A DNA stretch of 64,000 nucleotides from Octopus vulgaris (GCA_951406725.2 OX597818.1:111538001-111602000); one strand, 5' to 3'; positions 12,905 through 26,800 are shown, counted from the stretch's first letter. Translations and numbers: made by a program. Notes: a model not told the origin generated them from the sequence alone.

Positions 12905-13265
12905 CAGCAAAGAAATAATCTAAAAAGACTTGTCCTTTTGCCTCGTAGTCGCAGCAGGCAAAAGGGAAAAGGCGTTTTTCCGGAGGACGGCGAGGGACAG
13001 GCGCTGGAACAGGCACTCCGATTTACGCATCACCCACTTGCAGATAGCCACCTCCGCCCCGATAGTGATGAGCTTGGATGGCGTTCGAAGGTCGAGAACG
13101 TCGGAGGTTTCCTCTGCAAATGGCTTCAGCACAAACTTGTCAGAAAGCGACAGATACCTTGACAGATTGCTCAGGGGATAAATTGCATTGCATGCTCGTT
13201 CCAACTCCTCTGCACGTTATGTCCAAAAAGGACCCAGTCCAACTTTGCCAGTCGTCACTTTGGGG
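12905..13265 (-). mobile_element. 3' fragment of a CRE-like RLE non-LTR retrotransposon
   Basis: Translation ..DITC.. / RYLSLSDKFVLKPFAEETS...LFQRLSLAVLRKNA resembles the CRE-clade C-terminus (WDxT, KY..L...F.P.A.ET.G, FQRLS.A.QRGNA). Confidence 0.7.
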
Positions 13266-13284
13266 TCAATAAACAAAATCCAAC

Positions 13285-13480
13285 ACGCTGAATCGTTAGC
13301 AACCCCGACAAAATGCATAGCAGCATTTCGTCCGTCTTTACGTTCTAAGTTCAAATTCCACCAAGATCGATTTCATTTAATCGTGTCGATAAAATAAGTA
13401 CCGATCAAGTATTAGGATCAATGGAATCGACTTACCCCCCTCCCAACCGCCCCCCCTAAAATCTCTGGCTTTGTGTCAGA
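13285..13480 (+). mobile_element. SINE family A (diverged)
   Basis: gaatcgttagca...aagttcaaattcc...gtcgataaaataagtacc. Confidence 0.8.
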
Positions 13481-14884
13481 CCTGTGCTGTGGCTTATTTA
13501 TAGCTTTCATCCTTTCTTCCTGTCTTTCTGTTTCTCTCTCCTTTCAGAAGAAATTGGCTGTCGTCAGAGCTGGAGAGAGATGAACACCAGCAGGTGTAAA
13601 AATGCCTGACACACGCCCTGTGTCACAAGGCACCGCTATAACTCATTTTGTTCGTGTGTTTGTCTGTATGTGTATGTGTGTGTGTGTCCGTGTCCTTGAG
13701 CGACTGTGTTGTTCTGTGGTTTTGACAATTTCAATAACATCACCGCTGTTTCTGCGTAATGTCGCAACAACATATGAGATATTTGACAGGTAATGAGATT
13801 TATGCAATAAAAACAATACGTCTGTAAACAACATACACATCAAGAACATATGAAGGAAAGAAAAGAAAATAGCCGGACGCAAGACATGGTTGCTGGTCTC
13901 TAATAAATCTTCTTTCTGACTGCATAAAATTTGCGCCGACTTCCATTGGAATTCATCTACTACAGCCATAATAGAATTTCATCTGATTTTTCTCGCTTCT
14001 TTTTCACATGGGATTTATAAAAATGACTTATATTAAAATTTTTCCTTTCAATAATAGTTATTTTCCTGAAAATACTCATTTGGGGTTTTGTTTCGTGTTT
14101 ACTTTCATATAAAAGTCCTATATCTAGAATGAAGTTAATCTTGAAAAGAAGCAAATAACAAACAAAGCAAACAACCATGAGAATAATGGAACAAGTCTTC
14201 TGTAAGCATAATTTTCTTTTTCATACATTTACAAGAGCCGAAACTATAGCTGTGTGTAACCACGTGTAAGTTTCGTGATTTCTACAAGTGGGATAATATT
14301 CATAAAAATGCAAGTATATGTTATAGTTAATAACTAACTTGTCAGAAAATAAATTCGTTATTATTGCAGAATATATTTATAACTCTCGTCTGCTTCGATA
14401 TTTACCATAAGTATAAACTTGAGCACGAACCAAACCGAACGATGTAAGAAGCTGAATATGATCAGAATTGGTCTCAGAAGTGTCTTATATTTTACAAATA
14501 TGTGATAGGGTGGGGGAACTATCGAAATCTAACGGAAGAGATCGAATAGGACAAATAATAGTCGACTCGATACTTGTAAAAGACAGCTGCATAACTTTAA
14601 GTAGATGATTGTGAGATTTCCTGTTTGTGAAGCAAAATTTAATATCGTTAGGTTATACGTGTGCATGTATGAACATTGTTATATAACTATACACACATCA
14701 CACCACACACATACAGACAAAGGAACAAGAAGTGATGTGGGTCTTGTGGTACAGAGGACACAGTTATTAGGATTGTTTCTCCAAATAACCCAGTTGCCCA
14801 CTTATTAAGCCAAGCTCATTTCTGAAATAGAAACAACTCGTCCCCGGGCTTAAATCAAATGGCTTACCTCTGGCTCGCCGTCGT

Positions 14885-15190
14885 TTACGATGACGGCTGT
14901 TCCAGTTGATCCGACCGACGGAACAGCTTACTCATGTAATCAACGTGCAAGTGGATGAGCACTTCACAGACACGCGTGCCCTTAACGTAGTTCTCAGGGA
15001 GATTCGGTGTGATTCAGGATGTAACAAGGATGACCATTTGAAATACAAGTACAATTTATATTTTCGAAGTGTGTGAGCTGGAGCAACGGGATATAAAGTG
15101 TCTTGCTCGGGGACGTAACGCGCTGCTGGGAATCGAAATCACAACCTAATGATCGCAAGCCGAATACCCTACCCACTAAGTCATGCACCT
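14885..15190 (-). mobile_element. SINE family C
   Basis: Reverse complement aligns with 33460-33780; tRNA-like B box (gggaatcgaa on the plus strand). Confidence 0.8.
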
Positions 15191-15309
15191 TTACCTGCCC
15201 TAACTCTACGGCATAGCTCAACTACTGGGAAAGGCAGGATTCTTTAAAATTTTACTTCAAGAAGAGTGTCAAACATGAAGCGATTTATAGGTGAAGAAAA
15301 GGTTCAAGG

Positions 15310-15980
15310 CCAATGGCGGCTCGTGGATAAAATTAGTTGGGGTGCTGCTTCAGAAAAATTTTAGCCCTTGTTTTAATATCGTGTAAAAGGAAACAAACAT
15401 ATTAAAACAAACTTAATACATAAACGTGATCGGTTCGTGTTTTAGTTACTGCCAGGTAATGTGTTTAATTTCTTCACTGAACACCGCCGCGAATTCCCCC
15501 TTGTTTTTCAAAAATCCCCCCACCTAAATCACAACATAAGTGGGGAAAATCTGCCCTATTTTTCAAATTCTGGCAGCAACAATGTAGCTGGAAGCAGGAT
15601 AATAATCTATGTCTACACTTTATCACATTCAAGAATATAAACACGTTTTTAAGCACGCAGAGTCAAAAAGAAACACTACTTTTCACCAGCACACAATAGT
15701 CGGCACTGCGTGAACGACAGTGCTGTCTCTCCCTAGCGTGTAGCTTCCTATCTCGGACGTGTGAGCATGCGCACAACAACCAATCAACGCGTCACTGGAA
15801 CCGTGAAGCGCACAGTTCTATGCAATGATCTTTAAATTTTTTCATAAATTAGAGGATGGTTACTGGCATTAAGCTTAAGGATTATATAATGTACAAGAAT
15901 AAAGAAATAATGAAAGAAAAAAGGACTCATTATATTGAGTGGGAATAGGGGGCGCTGCCGTGTCGCAATGCTGCCACTGG
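15310..15980. mobile_element. hAT-type non-autonomous DNA transposon (MITE)
   Basis: TIRs ccaatggcggc / gctgccactgg; 8-bp TSD gttcaagg (15302-15309) / gttcaagt (15981-15988). Confidence 0.75.
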
Positions 15981-16226
15981 GTTCAAGTGAACATCGACAT
16001 TTATGAAATTTTTCGAATCACTTGCCAATAACGAAAGCAAACGTTACGCCCCTTCTGTAGCAAATTAACGGAAGATAAACTCTCTTTGCGTCCAAAGAAA
16101 TACAACTTGTTTGAAATTTTGTGATACTCTCTCACAACCGTCAAGTGATATGCATTTGGAGGGTAAATATTAAGGAAACAAATCGAACGACGCATTTCCT
16201 GGATTACGGTCGACTTAGTGCCAAAA

Positions 16227-16286
16227 TCATCATCACCATCATCATCATCATCACCGAAAACCACCACCACCACCACCACCACCACC

Positions 16287-16340
<54 letters not shown>
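16227..16340. repeat. Compound (CAT)n/(CAC)n microsatellite
   Basis: Direct reading. Confidence 0.95.
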
Positions 16341-16341
<1 letters not shown>

Positions 16342-16499
16342 ACGACAGCAACGGCAACAAATGGAACGACTTACAAGGGATTACGGTTTTTTCATTAAAT
16401 AGAGATTATGCACGGTGCTTATCTCGGGTGACAACCACAGTAATAAATTATCATTTGTATATGTTGCCTGGCACTACTTCGTCTGTTATCGTCTTGTGA

Positions 16500-16550
<51 letters not shown>

Positions 16551-17109
16551 TTTACTGCAGTTCTTACAGCATGCTGTCAGTTGAAATAACAGGTTATTTT
16601 GTTGGCGGTGGAGTCGGTGAAGACTATCTCAAATACAGTGAAATAGATATCTAAGTACTTTAATTACAATGCTTGAATCTATGTCCTCAGGTGTGTGTGT
16701 GCATTACACGTATACCTCCATCCAACGTACACGATAATTATCTTGTATATTCCCGCATCTACATGTATTATTCAAAGGGATGCTAATTATCGCTCTCTAT
16801 GCCTCTCTCTCTCTCTCTCTCTACGCATCTTTCTGTCTGTCTGTCCGTCTGTCTGTCTGTCCGTCTGTCTGTCTGTCTGTCCGTCTGTCTGTCTGTCTCT
16901 CACTCTTTCTCAATATCTTACACCCTCCCTTACATTGGCACACTGTCAAAACTACAGACACTCTCAGACACCCGTGCACACATATATACAAGCACCTGTG
17001 CGCGCGCACACACACACTCACCACACAATTATTTCTAGTTAGCTTTGGAATGCTTCCTGCATTAAATTTGTTAACACTATCATAACCTGTGTATTTATTT
17101 ATCCATGCA

Positions 17110-17714
<605 letters not shown>

Positions 17715-18959
17715 TGTTCGTACATTCGATGCATACAAAAGCAGAAACGTATTTCTGCGAGTGTGTATACTTCAATGTAAGTATGAATGGTGAAAGATAC
17801 TTATTAAGACGGGGCTTTTTAGATAACAATAACCGCCTGATAACCTTATCTGCGATAATGATTTGATAAAAGTCAAGTGAAAACAAGCAGTAGGAGTTAA
17901 TTCCCCCTCATCACTTCTTCTTCAGTCGCTGGAGGTAATTTCTAGCCCACCTACCAACAACAGTCTTTCTCGACTCTTACACTTTTGTTAACTTCAAAAA
18001 TTGTTTTGTTAATTTTTCCATCTGTCAGTTCATTATTAATGAGGTATTCAACAATAAAGCTCACTGACATTGCATTTGCCATTATCTTGCCGACAGGAAT
18101 GTTATCACAAATTCTAATGAGATGATTGTTGGGTGGACAACCAATATACATCAAGAGATAATGAATGCCTGGCGTATGTGATAAGTGAGTTATGCCACAC
18201 GGATACCAGACATACAAACACAAATCTTTCACACAAATACACACACACACCCACATTCATTATATATTACAAATATATTACAATGAAATTTTCTCTCTCC
18301 CTCTCTCTCCTCCTCCACCCTCTCTCTCTTATATGTATGTTCTTATGTTCTTTAGATTTAATTTTGTTCACCTGCTAAGTAGCAAGATTGTGAAGAAAAC
18401 ATCTTGTTATATTCATAATCTTAAGAAGATCTTGCAGGTTTTTATAGTCCAAGATATTGTAATCATCTGTAGTGTATAAATTAACGATTCGTGCTTTCTC
18501 CCCAAGAATCCAAGTTCAGCCGTACTTTGCTTCTGATGGGTCGGTACGTATCCTGTTGCTCCAATAATAACAGGTATGAAACTGAAAGTGCATCTTAGGT
18601 ACTAAATTTGCAAACACCTTATCAATGGTCCAATGATGTCCTCTTTCTCCAGTATTTTTCAGACCACAGTTTGGTGTGCAGATGGCAGCTGTTAAAACAC
18701 CGGTTGTGTTTTAATTTGGTGGCTGTTGTAATTTTTAAGTACCACCTACATTCTTTTGACCCATTAGTCTCATTATAGTCAACATTGACTACTGGTAGTT
18801 TCTTTTCCTCCTATTTCATTCTAAATTATTTCGGTCATCACATCATGATACATGGGAAAATAGCAACTAGGAGTTGGCAATAATGGAGTCTTCATTTTTA
18901 GTTTTGCACACTCAACATTTGTTATCCATCAATGTAGTTATGCCTTTTATGCGCTAGAT

Positions 18960-19292
18960 GAGCCCTAGCCAACTCGAATTACATTGCCGGCCACTTTAAT
19001 ATAACAGAGAGATTTTTGAGGGCCGCTTATATACTGACAGAATTCAAAGCATTTTGCTTTCTCATGCTATTATTACAATAAGGAATGAACGATCGTTGAT
19101 TCAACATGAAATATTATCGTTGCAAAAACAATAATATCTTTCTTTTTTACTTTTCATTACAATCTTTAATTTTTAATAAAAGTTTTAAAATGTTTCTTTG
19201 AATAACCCCATTTCTAGAAAGTATCAAGCGGACCGCATGATAAATGTCTGTGGGACGTATGCGGCCCACGGGCCTCAGGTTGGTTTGCCCTG
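18960..19292. mobile_element. hAT/Charlie-like MITE
   Basis: Perfect 8-bp TSD cgctagat (18952-18959 / 19293-19300); subterminal gcggcccacgggcc...ggttgg...ccctg typical of Charlie-type elements. Confidence 0.8.
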
Positions 19293-19809
19293 CGCTAGAT
19301 ATTTGATAGGGTTGTCTTGCTCTTGAATTGTATAGAGGTAGTTTTCACAAATTTGTCGGTATTCCATGCCTGGCCTTTTATGCTCTAAAATTGAACAAGA
19401 TATTTACTGGCCACATTCCTCTCTCTGCAGATGTTGCTTCATTCTCACAATAAATATTCCATATGACATCAATGCAGATTTAACAGCACGGTCATAATCC
19501 TTGCCTGGGATCTACAGCCTGTCGATGTCGTCATTGATGTTGAAGATTCTAGCAACAACGACAGGTTTGCATTAGTCTGTATTTTTCGTTGAGCTTTTAC
19601 ACTGACCAGTTTAGAAGGCTAGATGTGGGCGTTGGGATAGGCACTGCAAAGGTGTTGTGGGCGATATACTTGTATTCCGAGAGTTTAGAATTTAAATCTC
19701 TGAAGACATTCATTTATTATTGTTTTCTCCTTATTGAGAAATTGTATCACAACTGACTTTCCTATCGTTTCGAAGACGCTTAGAAATTTCACCGGAAAGT
19801 AAAGATTAT

Positions 19810-20516
19810 TTTTAGGTCGTCCACGTATGGTAATATGGAAGAAACAGACATTTGGACTCACCATCGTACTGAACACCGGATCCAAACCACTTCAGCACAG
19901 GTAGACTTTTTATCAAAGTGTGTCGCCACGCAGTCGACCTACATGCTTTTGTTTATGCACTTAGACACACAGGAATTAACATCTTCCACCTTGATTTTGT
20001 CCTCCCCAGACCTCACCAGATACTTCATGCTTCATTTTATACTTTTATTCCAATACGTTTACACATGCTATTACGTCTCACACGCTTCTAACCGACTCAT
20101 TAAACAATTACACACACAGCAACGCCGCGCTAAACAACACTGCTATGCGTCCACACTTGCACATATCTAATTATATAGACCCCCACTAACACACACACCA
20201 AAACCTCACTCTCCTTTATGCTTCCAGGCACAAATACACTCTGGTACATGCACCTATATACCACCCCCTTTCCTCTCTTCTCAGCTCGCTCCATACAACA
20301 TTTCTTTTGATTTCGAACGATTTGCCTTTCGCCTGTGTCCTCCTTTCTCTTTTATATACTCACTATTTCTCTCTCTCTGTCTACGTTTGTCTGCTTCTTT
20401 CCTTCCTTGTGATGAAAGATTAACATCCGAAACGTTAGGATACACACTTTCTCTATTAAACGTTAAACTAATTCGAAAAGTGTCAAACATTCTTAGCTCC
20501 ACATATACACATATAC
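19810..20516 (+). mobile_element. Penelope-like/retrozyme remnant ending in a hammerhead-bearing repeat
   Basis: 20321-20516 recurs at 23270-23444 and carries a hammerhead-like motif. The upstream peptide QVDFLSKC loosely resembles PLE N-terminal FL..C motifs; the 5' boundary is uncertain. Confidence 0.45.
20404..20440 (+). ncRNA. Minimal type I hammerhead-like motif (degenerate)
   Basis: tcct-t-GTGATGA-aa-GAT taac ATC-c-GAAA-cgtt-agga; palindromic helix III (AACGTT); C3 replaced by G. Confidence 0.6.
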
Positions 20517-20994
20517 ATAAGCTACTACATACATACGTATGTAAACACAGGCACGCGCCCCGATTAATCTATATGTGTGCATGCATGTATATACATAATT
20601 TTCCAGAAGCACATTCATTGCACAAACACATTCTCTCGCGCATATTTACACATATTTATTAACATAGCAGAAGTCAAGTCTTCCAGCAAGAAATGATTTT
20701 TAAAGAAATAAAGTACAATCTGATAAATAAATGTACAACTGGATTAAAACTTTAAAGGATTAAGTAAGCAATAAAAGTGACTTGAGCATATTAACGTTTC
20801 GTTCACATTAGAAGCCATAGTTAGATATAAATCCGAAATACTTTAAAACCGTGTGAGCAGAAAATTCCAAAAACCAGCGATAGATATTATTTTCCAGTTG
20901 CTCGCCAGTTCAATCTACTGAGGAATTAAAAGATAATTGTATAAAGCTAGCTTTGAATGCACTTAGCTATCAAAAATTGAAGGAAACCACACAC

Positions 20995-21048
<54 letters not shown>

Positions 21049-22854
21049 CAATATAAATAGATATAACTGACACGCACATGTACGTATATGTATGTTTGTG
21101 TGTCTGTTCAAGAATCATTTTCTTACTAAATCTATGATGTTGAAGTAAGTAGATTCCTATAGAATTAGTAACTGAACATGCGTTTATCTGTAGAAATTGT
21201 ACTGGTTACATACTGTTCCCACATAAGCCATCTACTGGACCACCGTAATTCTTAGGAAAGGCGATTTAAGATTAAATAAAAGATATCGGCAGGATACGAG
21301 ATTCTTGCTTTTGTTTTCCTCCTTGGCATCTCCTGGCGTGCATGGTGAATCAGCTCTGGAGTTACCCGTCACGAAATACATCACAGAATACTCTCTCGTA
21401 ATGTTGCATGGTGTATTTTCTAATTAGAAACCAAATACAGAGCTGCATGCAGTGAGGGAATAATGTTGTTAGCGTTTCTGTAAATATAGACAGCGTTTCT
21501 ATAAAGCAAGGATGGTAAATACTTTTAAACGGATTCCCGTCTGTTTCGGCGATGTGTGTTCCAAGTTTTCGATCAACGGATTGGCCTCCTCTTTCAATTA
21601 GCATGCATGCGGCTGAGTAGTGTGCTACTGAGTGTAACCCTAATCTAAAGCTCAGTGGGAGCCAACGATACGCAAGTGTGCAACCATTTTGGACCGTTGA
21701 ATGAGAGGTAGAAATCAACGTGTAGCTTGATAGTTAGGGTGTTTCACTCACGATTGCTAGATCCAGAGTTCGAATACTGTGCTTTAGTGGGGTAGTTAAA
21801 AGGAAGGACAACTTTTTTGTTTTACTTCGGAGACTTGTGGATTTAAACCGCCTGGAGATTTCATCTTCGTTGACTTAGCTCTCAAACGTAGACTTACAGA
21901 AATAAGGTTTGTAGTCGCAGTGGCCGTAAAATGTCAACGCTAGCACAATGACTCACTCAGAGTTACGTCCCTTAGCGTTAAAATGCAAATATATCGCATT
22001 CAACCAAAAAATATACAGAATTTAGCGAAGGTAGAAGTGTGAAAAGCGAAATCGTCATTAATCGGTAAATAAGAGAACTGGCAAACGTTTTGCTTTATTT
22101 AAACAAGCAATATTCTCAAAAGTTATTGAATCATTTAATAGTTTATTCATAGTGGTTCCACAAAGCTGCGAAGTAGATGCTGCTTAAATATCTAATTCTA
22201 TATAGGTCATCTAAATGGATTATGGCACAATGTGACTGGCTGTATCCAATGACTAACAAAATCGTGTCTCATCTTTATTTAATCAGTCAGTCATTCTCGA
22301 GAGGATAACATTCCATTATATTGACAATTCATAAGTATGTAAAATAGATTTATATCTCACGAGCTCTTTTGATTGTGCGCTGTTGTATGTTAGTAGTTTA
22401 GCTCGAAATTATATTTACAGTAAGACAATATATTATTAAAGTGATGCCAAATCACGATACACCGCTTTTGCATAAAGAAGTTAGCGGACACAAATTGATT
22501 TCAAACAGACAAATCTCCGATTTAATTGTGAAACGGGGACTTCAGATAGATAACAGAGTTGCTGTATCTATGCAGGATCAACAACGTTATATAAAGTAAG
22601 TTAGTGGAAAAAGAATATGGAAGATCAGTTCTGATATAATGGAATCTTTCAAATAGTTTTGCAGACGAAATTGGTTAATGTAAAGACTGTATTTAATTAC
22701 TTCTTATAAAATACAATTCCCACAAAGATTACAAACGTCATTTTAATCTCTATTGAGATTCTGCATCAAACCACATTCTGCATCTATTTCTATTTCTGTC
22801 TGCCTGTCTGCCTCTCTGCCTATTTGTCTCTGAGGTAGTACGCGCCTGCACGAT

Positions 22855-22926
<72 letters not shown>

Positions 22927-23125
22927 ATTACGTCTTGTTGTGGTGTCCTGTACTCACGTATAATTATTTATATATGCATGTATATGTACATGTAGATGTA
23001 GGTACGTACATATATGTTTGTATGTATGCATATATTTTTATTTATCACATTATTGTCTGACAGCGCCCCGCGTCAGGTTCGTTCCGATTCGTCGTTTCGT
23101 ACCACCTCTTGGTTCCTGTTATTTT

Positions 23126-23185
<60 letters not shown>

Positions 23186-23221
23186 GTTCAGCGTACATAC
23201 ACACTCACAAACAAACACGCA

Positions 23222-23269
<48 letters not shown>

Positions 23270-23270
<1 letters not shown>

Positions 23271-23444
23271 TTGCCTTTCGCCTGTGTCCTCCCTTCTCTT
23301 TTATATACTCACTATTTCTCTCTCTCTGTCGTTTGTCTGCTTCTTTCCTTCCTTGTGATGAAAGATTAACATCCGAAACGATACACACTTTCTCATTAAA
23401 CGTTAAACTAATTCGATCAAACATTCTTACACATATACACATAT
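23270..23444 (+). repeat. Second copy of the hammerhead-bearing repeat (cleavage-site bases deleted)
   Basis: Near-identical to 20321-20516 but lacks ttagg after gaaacg. Confidence 0.85.
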
Positions 23445-23482
23445 CTCTATTAATACGTTAAACATATATATATATATATAAT

Positions 23483-23526
23483 ATCGGTAGAAAACGCGGG
23501 CGGCCCGGGTTCGATTCCCGGCCGAT
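23483..23526 (+). pseudogene. Internally deleted tRNA-Gly(GCC)-like fragment
   Basis: acgcgggcggcccgggttcgattcccggccgat matches the 3' half of invertebrate tRNA-Gly(GCC) as I recall it; atcggt and agaa remain from the 5' half; the anticodon is missing. Confidence 0.75.
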
Positions 23527-23534
23527 CGAAAAAA

Positions 23535-23574
23535 GGCGCATTGTTAGCTCGGAAACTGAAAGAAGCCTGTCGTA

Positions 23575-23651
<77 letters not shown>

Positions 23652-23870
23652 ATATGTTTGTCTGTGTTTATCCCTCTAGCATTGCTTGACAACCGATGCT
23701 GGTGTGTTTACGTCCCCGTCACTTAGCGGTTCGGAAAAAGAGACCGATAGAATAAGTACTGGGCTTACAAAGAATAAGTCCCGTGGTCGATTTGCTCGAC
23801 TAAAGGCGGTGCTCCAGCATGGCCGCAGTCAAATGACTGAAACAGGTAAAGAGTAAAAGAGTAAAAGAGT
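23535..23870 (+). mobile_element. SINE family B, head deleted, internal (TA)n
   Basis: cggaaactgaaagaagcc...gcggtgctccagcatggccgcagtcaaatgactgaaaca, with (gagtaaaa)n tail. Confidence 0.9.
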
Positions 23871-24019
23871 ATATATATGTGTGTGTGTATGTATGTGTGT
23901 GTTTGTATGTATGTTTGGGATCAGGAGTACTTTATTATCTCCCCATCTTCCTATCTCTCCTGTCAAACTAGCTTTTTCCAACCAGTCACCATGATTGATC
24001 TCTAAGTCTACAGGTTTTT

Positions 24020-24172
24020 TTTTCTCTGTTTATTTGCTCGTGTCCCTTTCTGTTGAAGAGCGTAGGCTCGAAACATAAAAGACTTTCTCACCTTCCTGAG
24101 CAACAAACTATTTATCCCTGATTGTTGTTTATACACCTGTCTTCGCCTTTTGTTTTTCTGTCAATTTCGACT
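24020..24172 (+). mobile_element. Short hammerhead-bearing repeat (PLE pseudo-LTR-like) ending in (TA)n; related copy at 60577-60700 (minus)
   Basis: cttt-CTGTTGA-a-GAGC gtag GCTC-GAAA-cata-aaag at 24046-24081. Confidence 0.65.
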
Positions 24173-24194
24173 ATATATATATATATATATATAT

Positions 24195-24386
24195 TACGGA
24201 GATGTACTTGCATGGCAAGTGATCTGATCTGAGATCGTGTGCTGGAACGAAAACAATTGCAGCGTGGAAGGAGTTTATAAGCCATTTAAGAAACACACAA
24301 GAAACCGTTAGATTTACTTCAACATTTAAATTTAATTTGTCAAAATATTTTCGTCGCTTTGAGACCGCGACCTGTTCACTGACAAA
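24195..24386 (-). mobile_element. (TA)n-flanked short repeat with a hammerhead-shaped three-way junction
   Basis: Minus strand reads tttgtca-gtgaacag-GTCGC ggtctcaaa GCGAC-GAAA-atattt-tgacaaa; the 5' core is non-canonical. Confidence 0.45.
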
Positions 24387-24851
24387 TATATATATATATA
24401 TATAGCCAGTGACCCTCCCTTAGCGACAGACCCGACTACCATACTGACCTTGACTTACCCTTCTCTACTTCGAGCCGGCCCATCTCTTCTTCTTTTCTCT
24501 TATTACTGACTTCCCTCCTTCTTTTCACCTTGTTTTTGCTATTGTTCTTCCTCTATCTATTGGCTCCCCCTCCCCAACTCAATCCTTCCTCTACCCGCTT
24601 TTTCTTCATCTTCTCTTCTACCTGTGAATCTTTCGCTCTATCATGTGAAACTGTTACCTGGTGAAGGAAACCGCTCTTATTCTAATTCATTTATGCAGCT
24701 CTTTAATGGTTACATACCCCTGACCTTTTGCTCGAATTCCATCTGTTCATTGTGAACGTTACAATTCCGAACTTCCAGAAACGGCTGTCGAGTTATAAAA
24801 CTATGAACTCTCCTTAGTATTCTGTATTTTTTATGCTCTATGCACACACAC

Positions 24852-24888
<37 letters not shown>

Positions 24889-25010
24889 GTTTGTTTTTCT
24901 CGGAGAGTTTATGGTAGTAATAGTGTTTTTTGACGTCTATTTTTCAGTGCGCTGTGAGGCACAAGCCAAGCCCTTGTTATAATTGTGTATATAATTGTAA
25001 ACTATTTATA

Positions 25011-25078
<68 letters not shown>

Positions 25079-25599
25079 CATGTATGTATGTATATGTGAT
25101 ATGGACTTCACAGTAACTTTAGAAATTGCTCTTCGTACTCCTTCAGAAAGGCCTCCATAGTCTGTCAGACCGGCAGATATTTTACACCTCCATGCGCACT
25201 CATAGACAAAGACACACGATCATAAGTACTTACATATACACACGCACACACACACACACATACACATACAGACATACACACATGCGAACAGAGGTACAAA
25301 CACGCACAAGCGCGCACACACACACGCACACACAAACAACACACACACACACATTGTCTCGCTTGCTAGCATAGATCGGGCTACAATTGCTAAAGTGTTC
25401 TTTCGTAATTTAAGGCGGCATTCAAAGTCATTTCCTAAAAATTTAAATATCAGAAATAAAAGCTGTCTGAAGAAAAACGTAGGTGATATCTTCGACCCTT
25501 GGCCTGAGATCAGTTAATTATCAGGAAAGCCGGATTTGATTGGAATTTTCTAATTTTACTAATTACCTTGAAGTGGAAAAACTGTTTAATTTGCATAAT

Positions 25600-26800
25600 T
25601 AGAAAGACGACAGCGGAAACAACAAAGCCGGTTCAGAATATGTGAAGTTATTTGATCCAGAATAGAACGAAGTCCGTAAAGGTATTGGAAATAAAAAGCA
25701 AACGACAGTGTTTACGACTTGCAATTTAAATCGGAATGGAAGTTCTAAGTTAAACTATTTGTATTCACGAAAAATTTTGTATGAGCCATAAAGTTGGAGA
25801 GTTGTTCCATTGGCTAAGTATGTGAGGAACGTGATTCAATTCTGTAAAACTGAAGTGAAAAAAGCTACATGGAAACGGTGAGAGAAAAATTCCCTGCTAG
25901 GCAAAGAAGACTGATGTGACGTTTCTCATGACTTTGGAATAAAAGAAAAAAGATGACGATACAAGTGTCATGAGAATTGAAGAAGTTTACAAAGAAACAA
26001 AAGTTAGCGTGACATGTTATTACGGTAATCAAGAACTGAAGAGATAATAGCAAACGGAATAAAGAAATAACGAAATGGTAAAGTTCTACTGAAATAGAAG
26101 AATAATGGTAGAATTAGTTAGAATGAAAACAGGATGAATGGAGGGAAAAATACGCAGCAGAAAGAAGGAAAGTTTGTGAATTAAAGAAAAAATACGAGAC
26201 TAAGAAAAGCTGAGGGGAACAATATTTTAATGAATATAAAGATGAAATTCTACGGGGATATATAATTAAGTTTCCATTAAGAACAGTCGTGGATGTTTAA
26301 AATGTAAACTTAGTTTTCATGAGATGTTGTTCAATGATTATATTAAAATGAATTATATGTCACGAAACAAAGACGTTTGATATTTGTCAATATGGTAATG
26401 GAAACAAGTTTATGGAAGAGGTTAAGAGTGACAGACGTGTATGAGTTATGCAATGAACGGCCATCTGTTACTTGGGCGTAAAATATAGGGCCATAGAATA
26501 GCCATAACATAGGCTTGAGTAAATAAGTTGATTGATTGGAAAATTATCAGTGTCGTTTCGAAGCAGATGTTTTAAAGAAACCTCACTGGAGGATAAGGAA
26601 GAGAAAATATGTATTAATTTGAATAGCTCATGCATAAGTCTATAACTGCCAGGTTATTAGTTACAATTTCAGCCTGTAACCCTCATAAATATATGGGGAT
26701 GATTAATATTAACCTTCCTCAATGATAACACACATTCGGGAAAGAACATGAAGGGAAAGTGGGAAATTATCAACGATTAAATTTTGAAATGAATTGAATA
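25600..26800 (+). mobile_element. Highly decayed CR1/L2-like LINE (ORF1 end and APE endonuclease traces)
   Basis: Purine-rich strand with residual VMETSL (ETWL-like), LGVKYR(P) and GD.NINL-like motifs in the expected order; many stops. Confidence 0.3.

Noticed and set aside
13549-13789. Strong polypyrimidine acceptor and CAG|gtaatg donor
   Set aside because: The interval includes a TG microsatellite and no convincing reading frame; a non-coding exon cannot be supported without RNA data.
16121-16499. Poly-His / poly-Thr / poly-Met ORFs
   Set aside because: Translations of a (CAC)n(CAT)n microsatellite with no splice or domain support.
21718-21782. tRNA-like sequences (also near 8565-8625, 33465-33530, 63355-63385)
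   Set aside because: SINE heads with A/B-box remnants; no complete cloverleaf.
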